DNA of 63,356 bases, filler included, from Asterionella formosa (GCA_002256025.1; 28 parts of 28 records of this genome joined end to end with filler, not necessarily neighbours in it), one strand, 5' to 3'; positions 48,346 through 60,034 are shown, counted from the whole stretch's first letter. Numbers and translations: made by a program. Notes: a model not told the origin generated them from the letters alone.

Positions 48346-50410
48346 CCAGCGCCAACTATATAATCTATTTTGTGGATGGGAAAATCAACATCAGCAACAC
48401 AGCGCAACTTGAAAACGCCACTGGTGCAATCGATTGATCTAATGGCGTCTATAACACAAAGACTAACCTAACACCACTTTTTGCAAGCACTTTTGTCATA
48501 TAATAGTATTATTGTAGTNNNNNNNNNNNNNNNNNNNNNNNNNNNNNNNNNNNNNNNNNNNNTTAATTAATTAANNNNNNNNNNNNNNNNNNNNNNNNNN
48601 NNNNNNNNNNNNNNNNNNAAATAATTTCGAAACCCCCCCCCCCCATTTTAGAGAATCGGCAAGCCAGGGTTGACGATGCTTGATAGATGGGAACAAGGCA
48701 TGCATGCTGGGGTGTGGCAACACAGGAAAAAAGGCTGGTATTGGTGAGGTTGATTGTAGTGAGCATGAAGTCAGCATATGCGAAATCAACCATGGCTGGT
48801 GCGCCGCCAATGTCAAGAGGTTTGTCAAGCCAAGGGGCCTGGGCGTCCGGGAGGATGGCTAGGGACATGATGGTGCAGAAGCAAGTGTAAAGAGAAGAAG
48901 GGGCCCCTTTGTATGCTCTTGTGGGCGTTGTGATCGTCTTTTTAGACTCAGTACCGAGTAAGGTGTGTGGGTGGGTGGGGGCACAAGCAAACGGGACCTC
49001 TGTGCCGAGAGCTGTGGGTAGAGAGAAATACAACAGTAAATGCAGAGACACACACAAACTACTGAGGCGCGCTGCTTCAACATGGTGACTTTTGGTTTGC
49101 AACAACAGCTGCTTTGACCAGATGGAATCTGCATCAAAGTACAATGGTTCCAAGGAGTAGAGGGAGCGGAAAGGTCTGATAAACTAGTAAAGGAAAGTGG
49201 AAACACGATATATACAGCTGCATTGCAAATCATGATGAATCCAATCATTGCCAGACACAGAGAAAAACGTTTACCAAATGTTAATTCTACTAATGCATGC
49301 TATATAATTAATTACATACCCTGTTGGTTTTACTGCTGTCTGGTACCAACCAGGGAGCTAGCTGTTGACGACTGCCCGGTATAAATCCATGGGTTGTTCA
49401 ACAAACATACCGGTATGTATTGGTCACACATATTTTCACCATACTGTGCCTGTTCACTATTGAATGACTTTGCTTACCTGGGGCATGTGGTAATATTTCT
49501 CTGCTGGTTACGACTGAGACTGTTCTTATTTAGTACTCTATCTGTAAGGAAATAAATCAAAAAGACATCGATCCGTTGCCTGCGCATGAGAAATGGCTGT
49601 TACATACCCGTTATCACTTTGGTAGCTGGTAGCGTATCGGCGTGCCCCCAGCCAAGGACGNNNNNNNNNNNNNNNNNNNNNNNNNNNNNNNNNNNNNNNN
49701 NNNNTTAATTAATTAANNNNNNNNNNNNNNNNNNNNNNNNNNNNNNNNNNNNNNNNNNNNCTGAGAAAGAAACCAAAACTATGGTTGCAGAATCCCGAAA
49801 AGGATGAGTTGAGTGTTTCAGCTCCGTTCTGTAACCCCTAGATTTTTTCAGGGGATGCGTTCGGGTTATGGAAAAGCCATACCACAGAAAAAACAGTCCT
49901 AGACTACCAGAGGTAAAACTACCGGGGTGGGAGTCCCTACAGGGTACTAGAAACACTATCTTAGGTTCCCACCAGGATTAGGAAGTCTATACCACTGCTT
50001 AAATATTACTATTTTTACTTGCTAGTTCACTGTTTACGACAGCTGTTTACATCTTAGTGCTATTAGGTTATTGCAATTTTTTGTTTCAATCTCTCTCTGT
50101 CTTCCATTCTTCGCACAGCACTCAAGACCATATCAAGAAGTATTCTGCTAGTGCTCCCTTCCATACTCAACAGAAGCCGTTGTTCTGATGGTATGGGTCA
50201 CCATTCAAGCTCCTCCTATACTTGGCTGGCTGAATCACATCATCACTTTTGCATATAGCTGCCATTATTGCCTGCTGCATCCTTGGGTTAGCCGAAAAAT
50301 ATGAGGTAGTGAGAATAAGAATACTGCTTTGGTAGCAGTGGGTGCTCTCTGATAATAAAAAATTATTATATCATGTGTATTATTACACAAATCGTTGTAC
50401 CCATAACCCC

Positions 50411-50517
50411 AAAATTTGTGTTTGTGTTGACCAAATTTGGTAATCCTGGTAGGCACCCCGAGGTGCTTACCAGGATTACCAGGATTACCAAATTTGGTCA
50501 ACACAAACACAAATTTT
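50411..50517. repeat. Long perfect inverted repeat (41-bp arms)
   Basis: 50411-50451 is the exact reverse complement of 50477-50517. The 25-nt centre has GCACC/GGTGC pairing and a duplicated TACCAGGAT. Confidence 0.95.
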
Positions 50518-51202
50518 TTACAGTTATAAATAACAATGCATTATATAAAAAGATGTTTAGACATGAATGATTGTATAGAATTTCCAGGAATATTTCAAGA
50601 CTTGCTTGCTCATACTCAAAATGGCTTGCTCTTGCCAAAAAAGGTATGCATATACATATGCATATCGTTACATATCAATCAACCTCCTCAATAAATCGAT
50701 CGTCATCGCTTTTAGATTTCGGCCATGTCTTCATCTTCTTCTGGTCAAAGGAGAGTAGCCAGGGAGGGCTTCCCTTCCTCTTCAAGGCTGCTTGAACGTC
50801 GCNNNNNNNNNNNNNNNNNNNNNNNNNNNNNNNNNNNNNNNNNNNNTTAATTAATTAANNNNNNNNNNNNNNNNNNNNNNNNNNNNNNNNNNNNNNNNNN
50901 NNACCTGGTTCGTATGATGTGTTGATTGCTTCATTGAAATAGCTATTTTTTGCGCCTGTCTCTAGCGCACATTGGGGAGGCTTTTTTCCGCATTAGCAGT
51001 GATAAATGTTAAAAGTATAAAATAAATAAATAAGCAATCACAACAAGCGTTCGATTTTGTACCATCTCCTTACGTAGGATGCACGGAGTTCACACCGCCA
51101 CGAAACCAGGGACGACGTGATGATGGAGTGCTCGAAATATAACGGTAGTAATGTTTCATACATATTTTTTTAAAAAATTATGCTTTCCATACCCGCCGGT
51201 AA

Positions 51203-51943
51203 GGTTACTACATTTGAACCCTCAAAGGCAAAAATTAATATATAGCCTAGGGTTGCCGAAATTCCCTATAACTCGTTTCAAATAATACTTAAGAAGTGAG
51301 GTGGCATGTATTTGAGTTGATTTACATGTAACAAATCGAATTTTTTCCCAACTTTGAACCAAATTTGAACCCTAAAAGGCAAAAATTAATATATTGCTTA
51401 GGGTTGCCGAAATTCCCCACCATAACTTGTTTCAAATACTTTAGAAGTGAGGTGGTATGTATTTGAGTTTATTTACATGTAACAAATCGAATTTTTTTTC
51501 TCAACTTTGAACCAAATTTTTACGCACAAGCAAAAATTAATATATTGCTTAGGGCTGCCGGAATTCCCACTATAACTTGTTTCAAATACTTTAGAAGTGA
51601 GGTGGTATGTATTTGAGTTGATTTAGATGTGACAAATCGAATTTTTTCTCAACTTTGAACCAAATTTTTACACACAATCAAAAATTAATATATTGCTTAG
51701 GGTTGCCGAAATTCCCTATAGCTACCGGTAACTTGTTTCAAATACTTTAGAAGTGAGGTGGTATGTATTTGAGCTGATTTACATGTAACAAATCGATTTT
51801 TTTCTCAACTTTGAAACAAATTTTTACACACAACAAGAACAGCAACAGCAATATGCTGCATTCCAGTGGTGGTTGTCTTGTTTCTGAAATTGGAAGTGGT
51901 GTACATGAGGTCATCGAAAATAATTTGGCAATGAAAATCAGAA
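51203..51943 (+). mobile_element. Second copy of the Kolobok-like element 5' end, with four tandem ~150-bp units
   Basis: Starts GTAA|GGTTACTACATTTGAACCCT. Units (AAAAATTAATAT at 51230, 51381, 51532, 51680) contain TAGGG(T/C)TGCCG(A/G)AATTCCC and GAAGTGAGGTGG. Then ATG..TCCAGTGGTGGTTGTCT. All match the reverse complement of 37631-37575 and 36780-36590. Confidence 0.8.
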
Positions 51944-52045
51944 NNNNNNNNNNNNNNNNNNNNNNNNNNNNNNNNNNNNNNNNNNNNTTAATTAATTAAN
52001 NNNNNNNNNNNNNNNNNNNNNNNNNNNNNNNNNNNNNNNNNNNGA

Positions 52046-52312
52046 AAAGGATTTGGTAAAAAAATTATAAATGAATTAGTAAAATATAGTTTTGAAAAAC
52101 TAAATGCTGAAAAAGTTGAACTTAATGTATATGATTGGAATAAGTATGCGATTCAATGTTACGAAAAAACAGGTTTTGAAATAAATCCAAATAAATTTAG
52201 CGAAATTGAAGTAAAAGGAAATAAATGGATTTCATTGAATATGATTTTAAACAAATCAAAATGGAAAAAATTAATTGAAAATGAATCCGAACGGCTAACA
52301 GCAGATGGCTAA
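52046..52312 (+). CDS. Bacterial RimJ/RimL-type GNAT acetyltransferase, C-terminal part
   Basis: KGFGKKIINELVKYSFEKLNAEKVELNVYDWNKYAIQCYEKTGF (GNAT motifs A/B). AT-rich bacterial codon usage; stop TAA at 52310-52312. Absent from the ORF track because its start is off-contig. Confidence 0.9.
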   Translation, partial: KGFGKKIINELVKYSFEKLNAEKVELNVYDWNKYAIQCYEKTGFEINPNKFSEIEVKGNKWISLNMILNKSKWKKLIENESERLTADG

Positions 52313-52425
52313 AATGGCGGTTTTATGCTTTTTTAGAAACTTTTGTGCTTGTTGGAAGTTTAGGAATTTTCAGTAACTTTGGTAATGAAAGTCCGCCACT
52401 TCTGCAAGCTGCCAAAACGTCAACA
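52293..52425 (+). mobile_element. attC-like recombination site (gene-cassette boundary)
   Basis: Begins GGCTAAC (RYYTAAC-like) and ends GTCAACA (degenerate GTTRRRY). Arms GCAG..TGGCGG and CCGCCA..CTGC are complementary; 133 bp; sits exactly between two co-oriented ORFs. Confidence 0.65.
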
Positions 52426-52435
52426 GAAATTTTAT

Positions 52436-53085
52436 ATGAAACAGTATTTACTTTTAATATTCCTATTTATACCGATTAATAGTTTTGGACAGAGGCCAGT
52501 GGGTACCACTGATTTCAATACCATCTATTTATGCATTGACAGTATTACCTATAAACAATTATATCAAAGCAAATATTTAAAAGACACTTTGTTTTTTTGT
52601 AGGGAACAACAAGAAGAAACCAATGCCGGTACATATATTGGAAAGTACTTAATTGGCGAATCAGCTACCATAGAATTTTTCCAACCCAAAAATACACATC
52701 AGCTTGGAGATAATTTTGGCGACTGGGGAATTGAATTTAAAACTAGAAAAATCAATATGCTCGACCAAATAATCAAGAATTCAAACTTGCTGAAAATTCC
52801 TGTTGATACTTTTACGACTACAGTGTCTCAAGACAGTTTACAAATCAGTTGGTATAAATCACTAAGCTTAAAGAATGCAAACAATGAACTAGCAATCTTA
52901 GAGTATCAATCAGATTATTTAAAGAATTTGGGGTTTACGGACAGCCAAATCAACCAGCCTATGACCTACAAACAATTTAATGGAATTTTATCAAATGGGA
53001 GAAAATATCCTAGACAATTCTCAATGGTAACCTACATCAAGTTATATGCAGACAAAAAACTTATGGATAGATTACAAGATTATGC
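52436..53085 (+). CDS. Bacterial exported protein, DUF5829/VOC-like, partial
   Basis: MKQYLLLIFLFIPINSFG-Q signal peptide with Gln at +1 and no Shine-Dalgarno, both typical of Bacteroidota. FNTIYLCIDS..Y.G.YL.GE...IEFF resembles DUF5829. True start is probably ATG 52436, not 52379. Confidence 0.75.
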
Positions 53086-53375
53086 NNNNNNNNNNNNNNN
53101 NNNNNNNNNNNNNNNNNNNNNNNNNNNNNTTAATTAATTAANNNNNNNNNNNNNNNNNNNNNNNNNNNNNNNNNNNNNNNNNNNNAGTTTTTATGTATAC
53201 ATCGGATTATTTGTATTCCTTCTTTATGTTTTTTAAATTCTTAGTTATATTTCAAATTTTTGCAATTTAGCGAGTTTGATCTTTATGGATTAATTTATGT
53301 GTTATTGTTTGTTATTTTATTCATGTAGGTATATACTTAGTTTTTTTTTTATAGATAAACTGATGTTATTGAGAG

Positions 53376-53462
53376 ACAGTTTGTTAAAAATTCTTCTTGT
53401 TTAGCGAGTTGAGCGATTTACAGTTTGTTAAAAATTCTTCTTGTTTAGCGAGTTGAGCGATT
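53376..53462. repeat. 44-bp tandem duplication
   Basis: ACAGTTTGTTAAAAATTCTTCTTGTTTAGCGAGTTGAGCGATT at 53376 and 53420. Confidence 0.9.
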
Positions 53463-53572
53463 TTCTATTCCATTCATTTATTGAACAGCTTTGTGTGTTC
53501 ATTTATTGAACAGTTTTGTGTGTGTATATATTGTCTCAAATTATCTTCATATTTTTAATTTTATTTGAAAAG

Positions 53573-54227
53573 ATGAGTTCTGAAGGTATTTGTGATGTTT
53601 TAATTGAAGATGAGAAAAGTCATGAACCAGTCGGTGGAGGAGGTGGTGTTGAATCTAACAGTTTGGGAGATTTTGACTTTGAATCTGATGCAAAGGAAAT
53701 CGAATCTATTGAGAAGGACAAGAATGTACTTTCCAATGTCTCACAAGGGTCTTCAAACAGAACTCCCATTTCGAATGTATCATATATTAGGCGTTCTTCT
53801 TTGGCAAAGTTTCCACGTCCTAATACGGATCCAAGAGTTATCCGAAAAAAACTTGTGTTTGATTCTGGGCAACAACATATTCGAAGTGATATTGTGACAC
53901 CAGACTCTGTAAGAGTCGATAACACTGCAGGCAGGCTTTTTGAAGACATTGAATCCGAAGAGGAAGGAGTTACTTTGGTTTGTGCTGATATTGATGGCAA
54001 TGAACTGAGTTCTGGTGGAGGAGCTGTTTGTAGTGGTCAGAGTCATAATCAGCATGTTCGAGGGAACGATTTTTTAAAAGAAGAAGGTGGGATTTTAACA
54101 ATTAAAACATTTGGTCAGTCAAGTCATCTTCAAAGAGTCGCCATGATGGCACAAAGGAATCAATCATATCATCCTACCATTGTTGCACGCCTTCCTTCAG
54201 GATGTGAAGCCACTATTGGGATTGCAA
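53573..54227 (+). CDS. Hypothetical acidic protein, N-terminal part
   Basis: More than 200 codons open from MSSEGICD to the contig end after an AT-rich leader; no recognisable motif. Confidence 0.5.
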
Positions 54228-54739
54228 NNNNNNNNNNNNNNNNNNNNNNNNNNNNNNNNNNNNNNNNNNNNTTAATTAATTAANNNNNNNNNNNNNNNNN
54301 NNNNNNNNNNNNNNNNNNNNNNNNNNNCCTTTCCTCTAAAATATCAATACATGTTGATGTATACTGCGGTATGAATAAAGTGTCATTGATAGAAATACAT
54401 AACCATAACAGCAATGTGAAATCCTTTTCTAGGTGCATGTGCTCTGAACCCATCATTCCACCCATTGAAAAAATAGTTAACAGGCATAATCCGGGAATTT
54501 CTTGCCCTGACATTTTTGACAAAGCTGGCTGTCATCCCAGATCTGTATGACAATTTCGGAATATCATGTTAAATTTAACATTGTCAATAAAAACGGATGC
54601 TCGGAATGTTTCATATGTTTATCAATAGTTGATCCATCACTGAAAACTGCTAGGGCAACAAATAAACACCCTGTTCTCAACACTCCATTTTAATAGCCCA
54701 CTCGTACTCCCCTCTTTCAAGGCAAGTATTTCATTGTGC

Positions 54740-55043
54740 TACCTACCGATAAGCCCTGTGCTTCCCCAGTTTTGTTAGCTTAGCTGAGTCCCCAACCACT
54801 TTTCGCGAAAGGTGATTGTCTTAGCCGCAGCGTTAGGGGAAACTCCGACCGCCTAGGAAGGTGGCACAAGCTGCTTGTAGGGGGGCAACCCACTGTTTCT
54901 TGTCACACCAGTCAAGAGCGTGCGGGACGGTAAGGAGTGTGGGAGTCAAACCCAACAATTGCTCCTCAAACAAATTGCGGGAATCGAACCTCACAACCTC
55001 AGATCAAAGGTAATGCCGTGCTAAACCACTAAATCACTCCCTC
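54740..55043 (-). mobile_element. Candidate tRNA-derived SINE (or tRNA pseudogene plus GC-rich body)
   Basis: Minus strand head GGGAG-TGATTTAGTGGTTTAGCAC (A box)...CTTTGAT...GAGGTTCGATTCCCGC (B box). Acceptor and anticodon stems are broken. Followed by about 230 bp of GC-richer sequence in AT-rich flanks. Confidence 0.5.
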
Positions 55044-55194
55044 GCATTATCCTACTATGCCTGCACTAATCAATCATTTTTTTGTGGTGACTTGAAAGGA
55101 TTATTTGGTGCAATTCCATTTGAGATTCTTCATCAATTACTACTTGGAGTATTGACGTACACTTTGGAATCATTGTACATTTATTTTCAAGTAT

Positions 55195-55369
55195 CAAACA
55201 ACAACGAGGAGAGCCACTTGTCCCTCTATTGATGGTAACAAGATGCGAAAAAGTTCAACAGTGAATACAAGAACAACATCGCAACGAAAAAAACAAGTCG
55301 ACAGTGTGCGTACGCACACGCTCAGCAGGTTTGAGGCAACGGACAGTTCCAACAAGCAAATGACGATAG
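55195..55369. repeat. Third copy of the 4080-4476 / 10875-11336 repeat family
   Basis: Shared CTCTATTGATGGTAACAA..AAGTTCAACAGTGAATACAAGAACAACAT..AGGTTTGAGGCAACGGACAGTTCCAACAAGCAAATG. Confidence 0.85.
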
Positions 55370-55469
55370 NNNNNNNNNNNNNNNNNNNNNNNNNNNNNNN
55401 NNNNNNNNNNNNNTTAATTAATTAANNNNNNNNNNNNNNNNNNNNNNNNNNNNNNNNNNNNNNNNNNNN

Positions 55470-56509
55470 CCCCCAATTCCAACTTCGAATTCCTGCCAAA
55501 GAACAAATAGTGTCTTTGGTGCCTTGGAAAGGCTACTGACATAATTGCTACCTCCATCCTCCACATCCATCATGTCTGGATCAGCTGTAGCATCAACTTG
55601 TTCATTATTGCTTGCATTGCATACCACATTTGCGGTGCTGGCAGCTGCCGAAGTTTGGTTACCTGCTGCTAATCTTTGTGATGGCATCCGTGACATTCTT
55701 GAAAGAGTAGTTTGCATCTTTTTTATCTCCTTCATAACTGTAACCTGGTTGTATCCCACTTGTGCCTGTAACTGTATCATCCCATGTTGTGTCTCCCTCT
55801 GCTGGGAGTATAGCCCAAGGATCTCGTTTCGACTATGCCCGGCAGCTCGAGCTTGTTGTCCACCTCGTCCTTCACCTGTAGTAGTTGTTTTTGTTGTTCC
55901 ACCAGCAGCCACACTATTGTCTACTGCAGCCTCCACATCAGCTCCAACCTCATCAATGTACACCTGCGCCTCTGAACCATTAACAACAATCAGTCGCCGC
56001 TCAACTGGATTATTGTTGTCGATGTTCTGCTGAAGAGGATATATGATTTCATATGCAGCTTTAATCCTACGCGTTAGTGATTGAGGCAGGTAACCCTGCA
56101 GTGTAGGCTCAAACACTGCCCACAAAAGTGGAGGTGCCAGCACCAGTGCAACGTCACGTGCGTACTCAGTGCAAATATTTGGGACCACATACTGTAAAAG
56201 CCAGCTGTCTGACACTCCGTTTGATTCCTTTATGACATATTTGCATGCTCCACCAATGCAAAGTGCTGCGGCCACCTTGGCATCAGGGTAGGGGAGCTCT
56301 ACATCTATGTACGTATCCACTTGCCTTGTATGTCTTTTCCAGCGTCCGCGGAAGTCAATATCATCCCTGGAGCATCCATTTCTTCGTGCATGCGTCGACG
56401 GATATTTGCGGAGGCTGTGAGTTCCAATGAGACCTGTCACAACTTTCTCGAACTCACTCTTTGCCCAAACATCGTCTCGCAGGATCCGATATGCTCTGTT
56501 CTTTGCGTT
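55470..56509 (-). mobile_element. Crypton-type tyrosine recombinase with start of a GCR1_C domain, partial
   Basis: Frame open across the contig. GTHSLRK (HxxR), RGRW, VDTYID (catalytic Tyr), PYPDAKVAAALCIGG, and C-terminal LSKAPKTLFVLWQEFEVGIG (GCR1_C start). Confidence 0.85.
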
Positions 56510-56611
56510 TTNNNNNNNNNNNNNNNNNNNNNNNNNNNNNNNNNNNNNNNNNNNNTTAATTAATTAANNNNNNNNNNNNNNNNNNNNNNNNNNNNNNNNN
56601 NNNNNNNNNNN

Positions 56612-57005
56612 TCTGGTTGGTGGTCCAACATCTTTTAAACGATATAGGAAGGGAGGATCTGCAAATGAGCGTATGATTGTGCTGGGATCCTTGAAAATAC
56701 ATAGGATGTCATCAACATATACAAGGATGTATTTATAATATTTGAAACCCTCAGTTGTGACAGCATCTCGATACGACCACATATCAGGATCCGCGTAACT
56801 TGGGATGAAACCGATGCCTCGCAGCGTGGCTGGCTGCAAAGTGCGAGCGCCAGGAAACTCGAGAGCCCTTTAACCCATATAAGGCAAAAACAATGATGGC
56901 AAGTTTGCATTCGTCTTCTCCAAATTCAGGTCCGGCTATTGCATAAACTTTCTCTTCCGTGCTCGCATTTAAATATGGGCTTTGCCTATGTCTGCCATCA
57001 TGATG
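56612..57005 (-). mobile_element. Copia (CoDi-like) reverse transcriptase fragment, frameshifted
   Basis: YLNA..EKVY..AGPEFG, ALYGLK, ADPDMW and YILVYVDDIL. Confidence 0.9.
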
Positions 57006-57752
57006 CTCAGTTGACTGACTGCAGCGACGAGGAAGGCGATTCGGACATTGTCTCTGGAAACAATAGATGAGTAGGTAAGGTAAGGAGAGCACCAGTGAAC
57101 TCAGCAGAATTATGTATCCAGCAGAATGATTGGAATAAATCTCCACAGAATGAACGAGAATTTAACTCAATCCGGAATGGACAGGAAACAGCAAACATAT
57201 TGACAACCAGTGGAAAGCATTAGATACAGGAACAATTGATGAAAAAATGATGGAGATTGACAAAGCGCCTCAAGGCTCACAAGTGAACCACTCAGCATTA
57301 AGCATCAAGCAGAGTGATGGTGTTAACTTGCCACAGAAAGAAAAAGAGTTGAATTCTATCCTGAAAGGCTGAAAGGAAAAAAATTGCAAACATAATGAAA
57401 CTGGCTCCAACATCTGCAAAGCGGACACAGGGGAATAACAGATTATCGATGGAGGAGAAGCTACACATCCATGCAAGCGAAGGTAGGCATCTTCCATCAA
57501 AGATTTCGAAACCATTCGATATAAGAGCACAAAAATACTTTAAGACAGGACCAACTATCTCCCAAAACAACAGCACATCAGTGGGGCCAAGTCCTTTGCC
57601 ACAAAAATCACAAACTAAGATCAACACTTTCTTCACAAGTCATCTGACCAGGNNNNNNNNNNNNNNNNNNNNNNNNNNNNNNNNNNNNNNNNNNNNTTAA
57701 TTAATTAANNNNNNNNNNNNNNNNNNNNNNNNNNNNNNNNNNNNNNNNNNNN

Positions 57753-58497
57753 TCTTTGCTAAAAGTGAGAAAATTGAATGAGCAGCATTGCTGTCAACAT
57801 GAGATCCCGTAATCACTAGCCTCTGCAAGGTAGTGTTGTGTTCTGCATACGAGCAGATACCCACAATTTCCTCAGAACCCAATTCAGTATGCACAAGAAG
57901 CAAGTTTTTTAGGCTGCGGTTGCGAAGCAACATTCTTCCAATAGAATCTGAACATGTTGGTCCGATACTTCCTTGTTGAAGGCAAAGCTCTTCAAGGTGA
58001 GTGTTTCTCCGAAGAGCCTCCGCAATCATGACTGCGCCTTCTGATCCTATTGGGTTATTTTTGATGTGAAGGACGCCAAGCTTCGTATTGCATCTCAGCA
58101 TGGAGGCAAGGGAATTGATTGCGTAGGGTCCAATCTCGTTGTTTTCCAAATGAAGCTCTTTAAGTGAATGGTTCTCTTTCAGGGAGTCAAATATGGCAAT
58201 GGACCCATTCCCCGTAATGCAGGTGTTGCTCAATCGCAAAACTCGGAGTTTTGTGTTCACCCGCAAAACAGAGACTAATGCAGCAGCAATGCCAATATCG
58301 ATTGAGTCTCCATCAATCCACAATTCTTCCAAATGTTTATTTTCTCCTTGTAACGAATATAGTATGGTTCGAAAGGCATCACAGCCCAATTTCGGAATGC
58401 TCAGTCGAAGTGTCTTGATGTTCTTGGCTTCGTAAATGAGCTCAATATGTTGAGACAACCATCTAGGGTTGGGTGAGCTGCTTCGTCCCATAACCAT
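57753..58497 (-). CDS. RNI-like leucine-rich repeat protein (NLRC3-like), partial
   Basis: 28-residue repeats such as LKENHSLKELHLENNEIGPYAINSLASML and LRCNTKLGVLHIKNNPIGSEGAVMIAEAL. Confidence 0.85.
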
Positions 58498-58893
58498 GAT
58501 TTTGAGGACATGTGCATTTGCTATGGACCTTGATCCATTAAAGAAACAATTCTACACGATGAGTTCTTCAACACTTCCATGCCATTTCATGTGGAATTCA
58601 TGGCTGTTGTTCTCGTTCGTTCCTGAATCCCGGTAATCTACCAATACCAGCTATGTATATCTCGTGCTGTCGGTCGTCCCTCGCCTGTGAACTTAACAGA
58701 AATATTGTATGCACCTGCTGAGCAAACAAATATGAATTATTGCATGCAGAATTTTGAAGCAAATAGCAGCAGTATAGCAATTGTATGACATACNNNNNNN
58801 NNNNNNNNNNNNNNNNNNNNNNNNNNNNNNNNNNNNNTTAATTAATTAANNNNNNNNNNNNNNNNNNNNNNNNNNNNNNNNNNNNNNNNNNNN

Positions 58894-59934
58894 TGAGCAG
58901 AAAGAAAAGAGGAAAACGGCCGATCAAGTGTTTCAAGTGCCAACGCATGGGACACTATGCAAGTGAGTGCACTAGTAACAGTGCATCTAAAAATAATAAA
59001 AGCGAAGAGAACAACACGACTACATCTACCCAACAAGGAATGTTCATCGCCACGTGCATTGAAATAAGTTACAACAAAAGGAAGTCCACCTCGCTCATGA
59101 CGTCAGAAATCGCAGGTTGTTAGACACCGGTGCTACAGTTCACATCTGCACGGACGTGCGCATGATGGAAGACAAGAAACAAGTGAGTGAAACCATCGTG
59201 GTAGGGAATGGGACTGAGATAGTATCAACTGTCTCTGGTACCGTGACCCTGACAACTATGATGGACAAAGGAAAACGCTTGAAACTCACCGATGTGCTTT
59301 ATGCACCGTAGTTCAAGCAGAACATCATCAGTGTCTCTATAATGATCGACAAGGGTAATCAAGTGATCTTCGAGGACGATAGCATGACGGTACGAAACAA
59401 GAGCGGCTTTCTGACCTGCAAAAGAGACAAAACTCGAAAACTTGGAGCAATGTATCATGTCGAAGGTAATCCGATCATCAAGCAAACGGTGATGGAAGTC
59501 GAGCAACTACAAGAGAACACCACACAACAATCGATCGACGACTACAATGAAAACAATTGGACGAAAGTTGAAGCAAAGAAAACGAACAAGGGAAAGAACA
59601 AATGGAATAATCAAAATTGTGAGTTGGTCATGTGGGTGACAAATGCTTGAACGATACTGCGAAATTATTTGGATGGAAGTTGAGTGGCATCATGACAGTG
59701 TGCGCAGGCTGTGCGGCACCAAAAGCGAAAGCACGAGCCGTCCCAAAAACAACACAAGAAAAAGCGACGGTACCTGGAGAGAGACTGTTTGTGGACATCA
59801 GTGGACCCTACGCGAAATCCGCTGTAGGTAATCAGTACTGGGTCATGGCAGTGGACGACTACACAAGAAAGCGCTGGAGCTATTTCATTAAAAAGAAGAA
59901 CATCGTCAGAACAGTCAATGAAGATTTACTACCA
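58894..59934 (+). mobile_element. Copia gag knuckle-protease-integrase fragment, disrupted
   Basis: CFKCQRMGHYASEC (CCHC), LDTGATVHIC (protease), CAGC, PGERLFVDISGP and VDDYTRKRWSYF (integrase). In-frame TAG at 59309-59311 and frameshifts. Confidence 0.93.
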
Positions 59935-60034
59935 NNNNNNNNNNNNNNNNNNNNNNNNNNNNNNNNNNNNNNNNNNNNTTAATTAATTAANNNNNNNNNN
60001 NNNNNNNNNNNNNNNNNNNNNNNNNNNNNNNNNN

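Noticed and set aside
48619..49250. Several overlapping short ORFs
   Set aside because: No recognisable motif or consistent frame.
51203..51830. Four repeats with a conserved core as CRISPR or iterons
   Set aside because: Whole units are homologous with no unique spacers, and they match a transposon end at 36590-37631.
52044..53085. Horizontal transfer of bacterial genes into the diatom genome
   Set aside because: The contig is wholly bacterial and linked to eukaryotic DNA only by artificial spacers; co-assembly is the simpler explanation.
54760..54960. HDV-like ribozyme or group II intron domain V in the SINE-like body
   Set aside because: GGCTAA and several stems are present, but P1/P2/P3 or the domain V consensus could not be built.
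57085..57400. Diverged ~190-bp internal duplication with coding flavour
   Set aside because: Interrupted by stops and unassignable; probably a decayed gene fragment.
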